This document shows positions 19,567 to 29,205 of a stretch of DNA of 44,552 nucleotides, one piece after another. The translations under genes and the position numbers were made by a program. The stretch is from an uncultured Reyranella sp. Lineage in GTDB: Bacteria; Pseudomonadota; Alphaproteobacteria; Reyranellales; Reyranellaceae. Location: NCBI GenBank assembly GCA_964480235.1, contig CAYZQZ010000002.1:1-44552 (forward strand), read 5' to 3'. The notes beneath the pieces were generated by a model that made no database searches, had not been told where the DNA came from, and saw only the letters and a list, made by a program, of their open reading frames with translations. Position 1 is the stretch's first letter; each line of letters begins with the position of its first letter.

Positions 19567-20388
19567 TCAGAGCTTAACGTAAGCCTTCAATCCGATCAGC
19601 TTTTCCAGCACCAGCACGACAGCCAGGGCCAGCAAGATCGAGACCATCGAGGCTGCTGCAATGGCGCCATCGAGATCGAATTTCATATAATTGAACAGCA
19701 CCACCGGCAGGGTTTCGTTCTTGGGCTGCACCAGGAACAACGATACCGGAAACTGGTCGAACGAAACGATGAAAGCGAAGACGCCGCCAGCGAACACGCC
19801 GGGACGGATCAACGGCAAGGTGACCTCGAAGAAGACCCGTGCTGGGCTTGCGCCCAGCACAGCAGCAGCTTCCTCGATACGCCGGTCGAAATTGTGCAGC
19901 ACCGCCAGAGTCGTCCGCAGCACATAGGGCACCGCCACCAGCGTATGGGCCATGATCAGGCCCCATACCGGCCGGCCGACGCCGGCCAACAGATAGGACT
20001 GAAACAATGCCAGGCCAGTCAGGATGGCGGGCAACATCAGCGGCGACATGAAGAACGCCGTGAGGAACGTCCGGCCCGGCAGGTTGCCGCGCGCGAGGGC
20101 AAGCGCGCAGGCGCCACCGATCGTGATCGACAGAATGAGCACGCAGGTCGCGGTCCAAAGCGACAGCCAGAGCGCATTCATGAAGTCGCTGCCGGCGAAG
20201 AATTTCTCGAACCAGCGCAAACTGACGCCGACAGGCGGGAAGGAGATATAGGGCGTGGGATTGAGAGCGAATACGACGACAATCGCGATTGGCGCCAGCA
20301 GGAAGGCGAGCAACAGTCCGTTGAGGGTAAGATAGACCGCCCGGCCATAGTCGAACGGCGCGCGATTTGAAGCGGTAGCCGGCCTCAT
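19567..20388 (-). CDS. ABC transporter permease (PotC-like)
   Basis: SLRWF, EEAAAVLGA EAA loop, FIVSFDQF, TLPV; ATGA overlap with the upstream permease. Confidence 0.92.
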   Translation of the reverse strand: MRPATASNRAPFDYGRAVYLTLNGLLLAFLLAPIAIVVVFALNPTPYISFPPVGVSLRWFEKFFAGSDFMNALWLSLWTATCVLILSITIGGACALALARGNLPGRTFLTAFFMSPLMLPAILTGLALFQSYLLAGVGRPVWGLIMAHTLVAVPYVLRTTLAVLHNFDRRIEEAAAVLGASPARVFFEVTLPLIRPGVFAGGVFAFIVSFDQFPVSLFLVQPKNETLPVVLFNYMKFDLDGAIAAASMVSILLALAVVLVLEKLIGLKAYVKL

Positions 20389-21275
20389 GCCAACCCCTCC
20401 TCGCCGGTGACCTTCGCCAGGATGCGGTTGTAGGCGATCACGATCATCAGGCAGACCGACAGCAGGATCACCCCGAGCGCGCCCGCGAAATTTGGATTGA
20501 ACGAAGTGCTGACCTGCTGGGCGATCAGCATCGGCAGAGTCAGCACGTTGGTGCCGCCCATCAGCGAGGGCGTGACATAGGCCGAAATCGAGAGCGCAAA
20601 GACCAGCAGCGAGCCCGCCAGGATACCGGGAAGGCTGAGCGGCAGGGTGACCTCGACGAAGGCACGCACGCGCCCCGCGCCCAGGCTGCGCGCGGCCTGC
20701 TCCAGCCGCTCGTCTATACGGCCGATCACGCCAGTGAGGGTCAGCACCATGAACGGCACATAGATGTGCACCAGCGCCACGATCGTACCGAATTCGTTGT
20801 ACATGAGCGGTAGCGGCTTCTCGATCAGGCCGAGCGAGATCAGGGTCGTGTTGATGACACCCTTGTCCTGCAGGATGGTCATCCAGGCAAAGGTGCGCAC
20901 CACGATGCCGGTGAGAAGCGGCGCGATCACCGCCATCAGGGCGAGCGCATGGCCAAGCCTCGACTGCATGCGCGCCATCCAGTGTGCAAGCGGATAGCCG
21001 ACCAGCAACGAGACGATTGTGGTGATCAAGCCGATGCGCAGGGTGGCCCACAACGCGTCGTGGAAGATGCCGGCCGAGTCGTCGATGAAGCGATCGTAGT
21101 GACGGGTGGTCAGAAAGGCGTTGGGATTGTTGACCGGGTTGCCCGAGTAAAAGGACATCGTCGCCATCACGGCGAAGGGCAGGACGAAGAACAGCACGAA
21201 CAGCAGCAACGCAGGCGCGATCAACCAGGCAATAGGCAACGGCATCGACGAGGAACGGGAAGCGGCAGCAGCCAT
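20385..21275 (-). CDS. ABC transporter permease (PotB-like)
   Basis: GYPLA, VVRTFAW, EQAARSLGA, YVTPSLMGG; start 21275 or 21245. Confidence 0.92.
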   Translation of the reverse strand: MAAAASRSSSMPLPIAWLIAPALLLFVLFFVLPFAVMATMSFYSGNPVNNPNAFLTTRHYDRFIDDSAGIFHDALWATLRIGLITTIVSLLVGYPLAHWMARMQSRLGHALALMAVIAPLLTGIVVRTFAWMTILQDKGVINTTLISLGLIEKPLPLMYNEFGTIVALVHIYVPFMVLTLTGVIGRIDERLEQAARSLGAGRVRAFVEVTLPLSLPGILAGSLLVFALSISAYVTPSLMGGTNVLTLPMLIAQQVSTSFNPNFAGALGVILLSVCLMIVIAYNRILAKVTGEEGLA

Positions 21276-21357
21276 GGGTCGTGCATGGTGGCGCAGGACG
21301 ATGGTTCGGTCCACGCCGAAGGACAGCGGCTTTTGGCCGTGCTACGGGAACCGCCCC

Positions 21358-22563
21358 ATGGCATCGAAATTGCCGCTCCTTGCGTTGCTCATAGCGGTGA
21401 CGTGCCTGAGCCAGTTCTATCGCGCGTCGAACGGCGTCATCGCGCCGGAACTGACGCGCGACCTCAATCTGTCGGCCAGCGAACTGGGCTGGGCGGGGAG
21501 CGCCTTCTTCTTCGCCCTGTTCGCCGTGCAATTGCCGGTCGGCCTGTGGTTCGACCGCTATGGCGCGCGGCGCACCGTGGCAGCGGTATCGCTACTGGCG
21601 GTCGCGGGCGCCGTCTGGATCGCGCGGGCCACCGACGCCACCGGTCTGATCGCCGGCCGGATCGTGGTTGGCGTCGGGTGTGCCGCTTCCTTCATGTCGG
21701 TGGTCTTTCTGTGCGCGCGCTGGTTCCCGCCCAGCCGCCTCTCGACCGTCCTGTCCTGGGTGTTCGCCGGCTCAAATATCGGCACCCTGGTAGCGGCGAC
21801 GCCGCTTGCCTGGGTGGCCAACGTCATCGGTTGGCGCAACGGATTTCTCGGCCTGGCCGTCCTCACCCTGCTCGTCGCGGTGCTGTTCTACTTTGTCGTG
21901 CGCGACCGGCCGCCAGGCGACAAGCTGCCGGCCACGCATCAGGAAGCCCTGGGCGACGTGTTCCGCGGACTTCTGGAAGTCTGGCGCACGCCGGGCCTGT
22001 TGCCGTTGCTCTCCATGCACTTCTTCGCCTACGCCACGATGATGACGGTCCTGGGGGTCTGGGCAGGCCCCTACCTGTTCGACGTTCACAGGCTGGACGC
22101 CGTGCAGCGCGGCAACGTCCTGCTGGCCATGGGCGTGGCGCAGACCCTCGGCATTCTGGCCTACGGGCCGATGGACCGCGTCCTGCGCTCGCGCAAGAAG
22201 GCAGTGATGGCCGGCACCTTCGTCTCGGCCGCGCTTCTGGCAGCAATGGCATTCGTCGCGCAGCCACCTCTGTGGCTCGCGGTCACGTTGCTGATCGTAC
22301 TCTGCTTCTTCTGCGCCTTCGGCACCGTGATCGTCGCCCAGGGCCGCACGCTGTTTCCCGACCGCCTTGGCGGACGTGCCGTTACGACCGTGAACATGGC
22401 GCAGTGCCTCGGCCTGACCGTCCTGCCCGCTGTGACCGGCTATATCGTCGAAGCGCTACATGCCACGGACGCCGCCTACCGCATGGTGTTCGGCGTGCTG
22501 GCCGCCGGCTTGCTCCTGGGTTCGATCGCCTATCGCAGGTCTCGCGACAACGCTTCGGTTTGA
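21358..22563 (+). CDS. MFS transporter
   Basis: LSQFYR, GLWFDRYGARR motif A, about 12 hydrophobic segments. Confidence 0.92.
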   Translation: MASKLPLLALLIAVTCLSQFYRASNGVIAPELTRDLNLSASELGWAGSAFFFALFAVQLPVGLWFDRYGARRTVAAVSLLAVAGAVWIARATDATGLIAGRIVVGVGCAASFMSVVFLCARWFPPSRLSTVLSWVFAGSNIGTLVAATPLAWVANVIGWRNGFLGLAVLTLLVAVLFYFVVRDRPPGDKLPATHQEALGDVFRGLLEVWRTPGLLPLLSMHFFAYATMMTVLGVWAGPYLFDVHRLDAVQRGNVLLAMGVAQTLGILAYGPMDRVLRSRKKAVMAGTFVSAALLAAMAFVAQPPLWLAVTLLIVLCFFCAFGTVIVAQGRTLFPDRLGGRAVTTVNMAQCLGLTVLPAVTGYIVEALHATDAAYRMVFGVLAAGLLLGSIAYRRSRDNASV

Positions 22564-22571
22564 GGGCCGTA

Positions 22572-23018
22572 TCAGGGCCGGACGATGGTCCAGCCCTTCT
22601 CGTTGAGTTCGATAAGCGAGACGACGCCGGCCTGGACGATCCGGGCGCCCGGAAAAAGTGGAATCTCTTCCGGCTTACGGTTCTCGTTGCGCGCCATGGT
22701 GTCCCGCGTGTTGCCACATGCTTCGAACGAGACGTTCGGCAGACTCTCCGAAACGGACTTCAGACGTGCCAAGATCGGAGAGCGATCGGTGCGCAGCATA
22801 TTGAGGCCGGCGTTGAAGGCAACGACACGGATTTCAACCTCCTCGCCGATCTCCGAATAGTGGCGGGAGACGTTGGCGGCGACGTTCAGCACCGCCGTCA
22901 TTTTGTCCGGTGTATCGTCGCTGATCTGCAGCGCGAGCCGGTGGACCTTGTCAGCCGCCACAGCCGGAAGTGCGGCAAAGACCAGTGCGATGGTCGCCAG
23001 GAATGCTCGCAGGATCAT
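22572..23018 (-). CDS. Exported DsrE/DsrF-like protein
   Basis: Sec signal, VLNVAAN, EIRVVAFNAGL, FEACGNT, AGVVSLIELNEKGW; last gene of the sox operon. Confidence 0.85.
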   Translation of the reverse strand: MILRAFLATIALVFAALPAVAADKVHRLALQISDDTPDKMTAVLNVAANVSRHYSEIGEEVEIRVVAFNAGLNMLRTDRSPILARLKSVSESLPNVSFEACGNTRDTMARNENRKPEEIPLFPGARIVQAGVVSLIELNEKGWTIVRP

Positions 23019-23031
23019 GTGACTCGCTCCT

Positions 23032-24738
23032 TCATTCCACGGCCATGCCCATCGGATCGTCCGCGATCACCTTCACATGGCGATTGGGCTCGATCCGGAC
23101 GTTCTGCCGCCTCTGGATATAGCCCGCGACGACGTCGTAGACCGCGGGACCCTGCATTCCTTCGTTGACCGACGCCCAGCCGCTCACCCGGTAATTCTTG
23201 GCCGGGTCGATCTTCTGGCCGGTGCGCAGCAGCACCATGTCCGAAATGCGCTGACCTGCCGGTCTGGCGACGTCGAGCGTGTAGGCCAGGCCACCGGCCC
23301 GCACCATGTCACCGCCTTGCTGGTAGTAAGGATCGGGATTGAACAGGTTGTCGGCAACGTCCTCGAGAATCTCCTTCAGCGCCGCACCCGTCATTTCGGT
23401 GCGGTAGGCCGTCGGATAGGTGATGGCGGTCTGATCGTAGACATCCTCCATCCGGATCTCCTGTCCCGGCAACAGGCTGGAACCCCAGCGGAAGCCCGGC
23501 GACAATGCGATCTCGACGTCGCGCTCGGCAATCAACGCCTCGCAGATGAGGTCGTCGAAAGTGCCGGCGAAATTGCCACGGCGATAGAGAAGAGAGTCGG
23601 TCCGGCCCAGGACCTTGCCAAGCACATCCTGATGCGGCGCACGGATTTCGCGCACGAGGGCAGCGACGTCGGGATCGCCCGCAATCGCATCGGCCAGCAC
23701 CGGAATCAGCCGGAACGAATAGTTGACGATGCGCTTGCCCGACACGTCGAGATCGAGACGCGCCAGGAACTTGCCGTGACTGCCGGCGGCCACCAGCAGG
23801 GTGTTGCCGACAACCACTGGCTCGGGCAGCGCATCGTGCGTGTGCCCGGTCAGGATGACATCGATACCCTTCACCCGCCCGGCGAGCTTGCGATCGACGT
23901 CGAAGCCGTTGTGGCTCAGCAGCACGATCAGGTCGACGCCCTCGGCGCGCAGGGCGGTTACATTGGCGGCGAGCTTTTCCTCTTCGATGCCGAACGACCA
24001 GTCGGGGATCATGTAACGGGGATTGGCGATCGGCGTGTAGGGAAAGGCCTGTCCGATCACGCCGATGCTCAGGCCGCCGCGGTCGAACACGGCACGCGGC
24101 TGGAAGACCGGATCACCCCAGGTCGCCTCCTTCACGTTGCCGGCGAGGAAGGGAAACTTGATCTGTTTGATCAGCTCCTCGACCCGCTTGGCGCCGTAGG
24201 TAAACTCCCAGTGTCCGGTCATGGCGTCGACACCGAGTGCGTTCATGACACCCACCATGTCGGCGCCACGGCTCTGTAGAGACGTGTAGCTGCCCTGCCA
24301 GGTGTCGCCTCCGTCGAGCAGCAGCACCTTGCCAGAGCGCTCGGCACGGATCGCCTTGATCAGGGTGGCGAGCCGATCGAGACCACCCATGCGACCGTAG
24401 GTCCGGGCGAGGCCATCGAAGTCGGCACTGGCAAGGGCATAGGCCTCGTAGGTGCCGCGGCCGATCCGGTAATCCGCCAGGAGTCGCTCCCCGACGATGT
24501 GTGGCGGCAGGCCTTTGGATTCACCGACACCGATATTGACCGACGGCTCGCGGAAATAGATCGGCACGAGTTGGGCGTGCAGATCGGTGAAGTTGAGAAG
24601 TGTGACCTGCCCCACCGGCGAGAAGCGAAGCAGGTCCGCTTGCGAGGGGCCGTGGCCCTGCGCGCCAGCATCGCGTGCGGTGCCACTCGCCGCCATCGCG
24701 GCCGCGGCCTGCAGAAGCTCGCGGCGTCCCAGTCTCAC
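23032..24738 (-). CDS. soxB: Thiosulfohydrolase SoxB
   Basis: Tat RRELL; TDLHAQL, FREPSVNIG, DGGDTWQGS, GHWEFTYG, LSHNG, GHTHD, NPDPYYQQGGDM. Confidence 0.97.
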   Translation of the reverse strand: MRLGRRELLQAAAAMAASGTARDAGAQGHGPSQADLLRFSPVGQVTLLNFTDLHAQLVPIYFREPSVNIGVGESKGLPPHIVGERLLADYRIGRGTYEAYALASADFDGLARTYGRMGGLDRLATLIKAIRAERSGKVLLLDGGDTWQGSYTSLQSRGADMVGVMNALGVDAMTGHWEFTYGAKRVEELIKQIKFPFLAGNVKEATWGDPVFQPRAVFDRGGLSIGVIGQAFPYTPIANPRYMIPDWSFGIEEEKLAANVTALRAEGVDLIVLLSHNGFDVDRKLAGRVKGIDVILTGHTHDALPEPVVVGNTLLVAAGSHGKFLARLDLDVSGKRIVNYSFRLIPVLADAIAGDPDVAALVREIRAPHQDVLGKVLGRTDSLLYRRGNFAGTFDDLICEALIAERDVEIALSPGFRWGSSLLPGQEIRMEDVYDQTAITYPTAYRTEMTGAALKEILEDVADNLFNPDPYYQQGGDMVRAGGLAYTLDVARPAGQRISDMVLLRTGQKIDPAKNYRVSGWASVNEGMQGPAVYDVVAGYIQRRQNVRIEPNRHVKVIADDPMGMAVE

Positions 24739-24771
24739 ATATCACCCGTACAAAGGGCCAGCGTTGCGTCG

Positions 24772-25101
24772 CTACGCAACGTCAATCTTGCTCTCGGCTG
24801 TCCAGCTGTTCTTGAGATCGTCGGTCCACGTGAATTTCAGGGTGCCGCTCTCCTGAACCCGCACGAAGAACGACATGTAGGGATTGGCCGCGACCGCGGG
24901 CTCCAGGGTCACGTTCATGACCGGCTTGTCGTTGAAGGTGACTTTCAGCGCATTGACGATCATACGCGGCACGATCTTCCCGTCGGCATCCTTGCGCTGC
25001 CCCGACTCCATCGGATGCGTGATCAGCGTCTTGATCTCGACCACCTCGCCCTTCTTGGCGGTAGCGGGGATACGAAGGCGCGGCTTGATATCGTCTGCCA
25101 T
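24772..25101 (-). CDS. soxZ: Thiosulfate oxidation carrier SoxZ
   Basis: IKTLITHPMESGQRKD, AVAANPY, FTWTDD motifs. Confidence 0.96.
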   Translation of the reverse strand: MADDIKPRLRIPATAKKGEVVEIKTLITHPMESGQRKDADGKIVPRMIVNALKVTFNDKPVMNVTLEPAVAANPYMSFFVRVQESGTLKFTWTDDLKNSWTAESKIDVA

Positions 25102-25115
25102 GTGTTTCTCCTGCC

Positions 25116-25562
25116 TCAGCCGCCGCAGCCGCCGATGGTGACCTTGACCTCGCGGCTCGCCCTGTAGAGCGTGCCGTCGCTCATCTCGGCCACGGCGATC
25201 AGGTTCTGCGTCTGCGAGAGCTTCACCCGAAGCGCCACCTCGGCCTTTCCGGCAAGCGGGGTGAACTCGTAGATTGCGACGGGCGGGTTGGGGTTGCCGT
25301 CGGCAGCGACGTAGAGCGCCTTCACATAGGACTTCTCGCTCATCTCGCTGTCGACCGAAACAGTGAGCGGTACAGCCATGCCGTTCTCGGCGATCTCCGG
25401 AGCCTTCAAAGTCACCTTGCCATCCTGTGGCGTGCCTTTGGCGAGGCTCGAGATCCATTCGCGTGCCGCTTCCGGCGTCGCCGCCGCCTGGCGCGCAGCG
25501 ATCACGGCGACAATGGCGCCGAGTGCGCCTCGCCGCGTGAGAGCCGAGGGAGAAATCGTCAT
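25116..25562 (-). CDS. soxY: Thiosulfate oxidation carrier SoxY
   Basis: Tat TRRGAL, PEIAENG, C-terminal VKVTIGGCGG swinging arm. Confidence 0.98.
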   Translation of the reverse strand: MTISPSALTRRGALGAIVAVIAARQAAATPEAAREWISSLAKGTPQDGKVTLKAPEIAENGMAVPLTVSVDSEMSEKSYVKALYVAADGNPNPPVAIYEFTPLAGKAEVALRVKLSQTQNLIAVAEMSDGTLYRASREVKVTIGGCGG

Positions 25563-25575
25563 CGTGATGGCCTCG

Positions 25576-26799
25576 TCAGTGCCGGATGTTGGGGGCTGTG
25601 AGCTTCAGCCCTTCGTTCGCCTTGCGCAGATATAGCTCAAGTTCACCATATTCAACCGCGTCGGGTGGCAATTCATTGGCGCGGACCTGGACGTTGCACC
25701 ATTGCAGGCGCTTGCGGATGTCCCAGATCTCGTTGCGGCTGGTCCGCCACAGCGGGAAATGGTCGAATTGGCCCTTCGATTCGCCCAGCCACTGGCCGCG
25801 CGCCCACTTGCCCGCCGATTTCTGGTGGCAATCGATGCACGAGAAGTTGAACTGCCCGATCTTGAGCTGTGACAGGGCCACGCCCCGCTCGTAGGCCGCC
25901 TTCGCCTCCGGCGTCGACAAATCGACTTTGATCTCCTGACCGTTAGCCAGGCTGTGCAGATAGACAGACATGTCCGTGTTGTCGGAACTTTGCATCAGCC
26001 AGTCCGCGCCGGTCGTCGCCTTGGCATGGCGGGCAATGAACTCTTCCACGCCCAGCACCTTGTTGAGCCGGGGCTCCCACTTCGGCATCTGCACCGCCCA
26101 TCGCTTGAACGCGGCATTGGCATCGGCGTGACAGGCCACGCAAGCCTTGCCGTTCGGACCGGGCTGCTCGAACAGGGTTGCCCCGGCCTCGATGCGCTCC
26201 GCTGCGGGATTGACGAAAGCATCGAGCGCATCGCGATCCTCGACCGGCGGCGGCCGCTTTTCGGGATCGTCGAGCGGGTCCTTGAAGGTCGCCGGCGTCT
26301 TGAGTGTCTTGAGAAACGCAACCATGTCGCGGATTTCCGCCTCGTTGTAAAAGCCGTGCTTGCCCCAGGGCGGCATCACCGATTCCGGATTCTGGACCCG
26401 CGAGTCGTACACGTAGTTGTACAGCCATTGGTCGGTGCGGCCCGCCTTGCCGATCTCCGACAGGTCCGGCCCAACGTTGCCCGGGAGCGCCTGCGTACGC
26501 GGTCCCATGACGTGGCAGGCCAGGCACCCGCCGCCCCGGCTACGGTCGAAAGCAAGTTTCTGACCGTTGGCGGCATCGCCGGATACTTCCTTGACGTCGA
26601 TCTCGCCACCATGCGGCGGCGTCAGCTTTGGCTGGGCGAGTGTGTTGTAGTTGTCCCAGCGCGTCTTGTTCCAATCGCCGTAGCGCTTCCACGGCGTCGC
26701 GGCAGCCGAACCGTCGAGTTGCAGCGGCGCGGGCTGCGCGGAAGCCGCCGTTGCGGACGCAGCCAGCGCCACGGCAACGACGAGAACAAGACGATGCAT
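25576..26799 (-). CDS. soxXA: Fused SoxX-SoxA triheme cytochrome (L-cysteine S-thiosulfotransferase)
   Basis: N-terminal SoxX (CLACH, PGNVGPDL, NPESVMPPWG), then SoxA (CVACH, GQFNFSCIDCH, RLQWC, LELYL). Confidence 0.92.
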   Translation of the reverse strand: MHRLVLVVAVALAASATAASAQPAPLQLDGSAAATPWKRYGDWNKTRWDNYNTLAQPKLTPPHGGEIDVKEVSGDAANGQKLAFDRSRGGGCLACHVMGPRTQALPGNVGPDLSEIGKAGRTDQWLYNYVYDSRVQNPESVMPPWGKHGFYNEAEIRDMVAFLKTLKTPATFKDPLDDPEKRPPPVEDRDALDAFVNPAAERIEAGATLFEQPGPNGKACVACHADANAAFKRWAVQMPKWEPRLNKVLGVEEFIARHAKATTGADWLMQSSDNTDMSVYLHSLANGQEIKVDLSTPEAKAAYERGVALSQLKIGQFNFSCIDCHQKSAGKWARGQWLGESKGQFDHFPLWRTSRNEIWDIRKRLQWCNVQVRANELPPDAVEYGELELYLRKANEGLKLTAPNIRH

Positions 26800-27183
26800 C
26801 TACTGAGTGGCTTTCTTCAAATAGGCGATCATGTCAGCGAGCTGCTCAGGCCGCTTCAGGCCGGCATAGACCATCTTGGTGTCGGGCACCTTGCCTTTGG
26901 GGTCCTTCAGATAGTCGGCGAGCGTGGCATTGTCCCATACGATGCCCGACTTCTTGATCGCATCGGACGACGCGAATCCTTCGTTGGTTCCGGCCTTGCG
27001 CCCGAACAGGCCGAATAGATTGGGACCGAGGCCGTTGGCGCCGCCCTTGTCGACGGTATGGCAGGTCTTGCATTGCTGATTGAACAAGCGTTCACCCGTG
27101 GCCTGCTCTCCCGACTGGGCGGCCACCGTACCGGCCGCGCAAATCAGGGCAATCGAAAATGCTGCTGCCAACACTGACTTCAT
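26800..27183 (-). CDS. Cytochrome c2-like class I cytochrome c, first gene of the sox operon
   Basis: Signal peptide, CKTCH, GPNLFGLFGRKAG, PDTKMVYAG. Confidence 0.93.
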   Translation of the reverse strand: MKSVLAAAFSIALICAAGTVAAQSGEQATGERLFNQQCKTCHTVDKGGANGLGPNLFGLFGRKAGTNEGFASSDAIKKSGIVWDNATLADYLKDPKGKVPDTKMVYAGLKRPEQLADMIAYLKKATQ

Positions 27184-27275
27184 TGGATTTTCCTGTCCTT
27201 TGAAAGGGGGGCTGGGAAACGTCTTGTCGTCTCCCAATGTGATAGCTTGTCGATGGTCCGCAAGAGGTTGAAGCG

Positions 27276-28175
27276 ATGCTGAACCCCATTAAACGCGGCG
27301 CGTTGAAGATCATCGCTCTCGCAAGCGTCACGGCCTCGCTTGCGGCAACCCTGCCCGCCATGCGCGCGTGCGCCGAGCCGGTCCAGATCAAACCGGGCCT
27401 GCTTCGCCTCAACGGCAATCTCGAAATGCCGAAGGGCAAGACTCTCGCCGACGGCGAGGTGCTGCTGATCGTGCACGGCATGCTGTCGCACTACGGCCAG
27501 GAGACGATCGCTGCCTTGCAGAAGAACCTCGTCGAGCGCGGGAGGAGTTCGCTCGCGGTCAACCTTTCGCTGGGCATCGACGACCGCAAGGGGCCACGCG
27601 CCTGCGACGTTACGCACGATTACGCCATCACCGGCGCCCTGCGCGAAGTGGCGAGTTGGGTCGATTGGCTGTATGGCCAGCGCGCGCGTGCCGTCGATAT
27701 CCTGGGCTTCTCGCGCGGCGGCGCGCAAGTCGCGGCAATGGGGCCGGAGTTGCCGATGGTGCGACGCGTGGTGCTGGTGGCTCCGTCGTTCGCGACGTCG
27801 TCGGAGATCCCGCTGGCCTATGAAAAGACATATGGCCGGCCGCTGGCGCCGCTTCTTGCCGATGCGCGCAAGGACCCGTTGAAGAAGTTCACCGCAGATT
27901 TTCTGAACTGCAGGCAAGCGCCAGTATTGGGGGCCACCTTCCTCGACGGCTACAACGAACTGCCGCCGCGGCTCGCCGCCCGCACCGGACATCCCACGCT
28001 GGTGGTGATCGCCGGCAAGGACGAGGTCGTCCCCAATCTCGAGTCCAGGCTGCTCCCGGACGTGCGAAAGGTCACGATTGAGGGCTCAAGCCACTACTTC
28101 CCCGACCTGTTCGGCGAGGATGCCGCCGATGCCATCGCCAAGTTCCTGATCCGCGAGCAGACGGTCACCAAATAG
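27276..28175 (+). CDS. Exported alpha/beta hydrolase divergent from the sox operon
   Basis: Signal peptide, HG oxyanion motif, GFSRGG, AGKDEVV, SSHYF. Confidence 0.85.
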   Translation: MLNPIKRGALKIIALASVTASLAATLPAMRACAEPVQIKPGLLRLNGNLEMPKGKTLADGEVLLIVHGMLSHYGQETIAALQKNLVERGRSSLAVNLSLGIDDRKGPRACDVTHDYAITGALREVASWVDWLYGQRARAVDILGFSRGGAQVAAMGPELPMVRRVVLVAPSFATSSEIPLAYEKTYGRPLAPLLADARKDPLKKFTADFLNCRQAPVLGATFLDGYNELPPRLAARTGHPTLVVIAGKDEVVPNLESRLLPDVRKVTIEGSSHYFPDLFGEDAADAIAKFLIREQTVTK

Positions 28176-28199
28176 ACGGCGCCGCCGGAACAGACGCCC

Positions 28200-29171
28200 T
28201 TAGTCTGGCCTGATGCCCTGTTCCTTGATCAAGGTCGTCCAGACCTTCTCTTCCTTCAGGTAGAAGGCCTTCAATTCCTCGGGCGTCGAACTCCTGATCT
28301 CGACTCCCTGGATCTTGAATCGCTCGATCACCTCGGGATCGGTGGCGATCTTGGCCAGCGCCTTCTGCAGCTTGTCGATGATCGGCTTGGGCGTGCCCGC
28401 AGGCACGACCATCGCCTGCCAGAAGATCGCCTGAAAGTCCGGCAGGTTCGCCGCTTCCGCGACAGTCGGAATGTCCGGAAATGCCGGCGAACGCGTCAGG
28501 CTGGAGATCGCGATGGCTCGCGTCTTCTTGGAATCGAGAAACGGTTTCGCCTCCAGCGAAGCCGAGAACATCATCTGCGCGTTGCCGGCAGCGACATCCT
28601 GGCCGGCCTGGGCACCGCCCTTGTAGGGCACGTGGGTGAGATTCAGTCCGGCGCGCGCCTTGAACAGCTCGGCCGCCATGTGGTTGGTGGCGCCGACCCC
28701 TGAGCTCGCGATGTTGAACTTGCCGGGGTTGGCTTTCACATACGCAATCAGCTCAGCCATGTTCTTGGCGGGGAAGTCGGCGTTCACATGCAGGATGAAG
28801 GGCGTGAAGCTCATCAACGACACGAGTTCGAAGCTCTTGTGCGGGTCGTATTGTACCTGGCCGGTAAGCGTCGGATTGATGATCAGCGACGTGCCGCCTG
28901 CGTAGATGATGTAGCCGTCGGGCACGGCCTTGGCGACGTAGTTCGAGGCCACGGTCGTGGCAGCGCCGGCGCGATTGTCGACCAGCACCGTCTTGCCGAG
29001 ATCGGCCGTGAGCTTGTCGGCATAGACGCGCGCCACTGCATCGTTCACGCCGCCCGGCGGATAGGGGACGACCATGCTGACCGGCTTGTTGGGCCAGTCG
29101 GTCTGGGCGACGCCGCCGAGTGGCAGCAGCGCAGCCGCCAATGCGGCGACGACGAACGTCGAACGGTTCAC
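28200..29171 (-). CDS. Bug/TctC substrate-binding protein
   Basis: WPNKPVSMVVPYPPGG, DNRAGA, HVPYKGG; GTG start after a GGAGGA SD. Confidence 0.93.
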   Translation of the reverse strand: MNRSTFVVAALAAALLPLGGVAQTDWPNKPVSMVVPYPPGGVNDAVARVYADKLTADLGKTVLVDNRAGAATTVASNYVAKAVPDGYIIYAGGTSLIINPTLTGQVQYDPHKSFELVSLMSFTPFILHVNADFPAKNMAELIAYVKANPGKFNIASSGVGATNHMAAELFKARAGLNLTHVPYKGGAQAGQDVAAGNAQMMFSASLEAKPFLDSKKTRAIAISSLTRSPAFPDIPTVAEAANLPDFQAIFWQAMVVPAGTPKPIIDKLQKALAKIATDPEVIERFKIQGVEIRSSTPEELKAFYLKEEKVWTTLIKEQGIRPD

Positions 29172-29205
29172 GCGATCCTCCCTTTACGCTTTTCCTTGTC
29201 AGTTC

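Noticed and set aside
19567-21531. 654-aa fused permease, and likewise 700-aa 34868-36970, 528-aa 38067-39653, 435-aa 42035-43342 and 228-aa 24772-25458
   Set aside because: Open-frame run-ons; only one part of each matches a family and the remainder overlaps other real genes.
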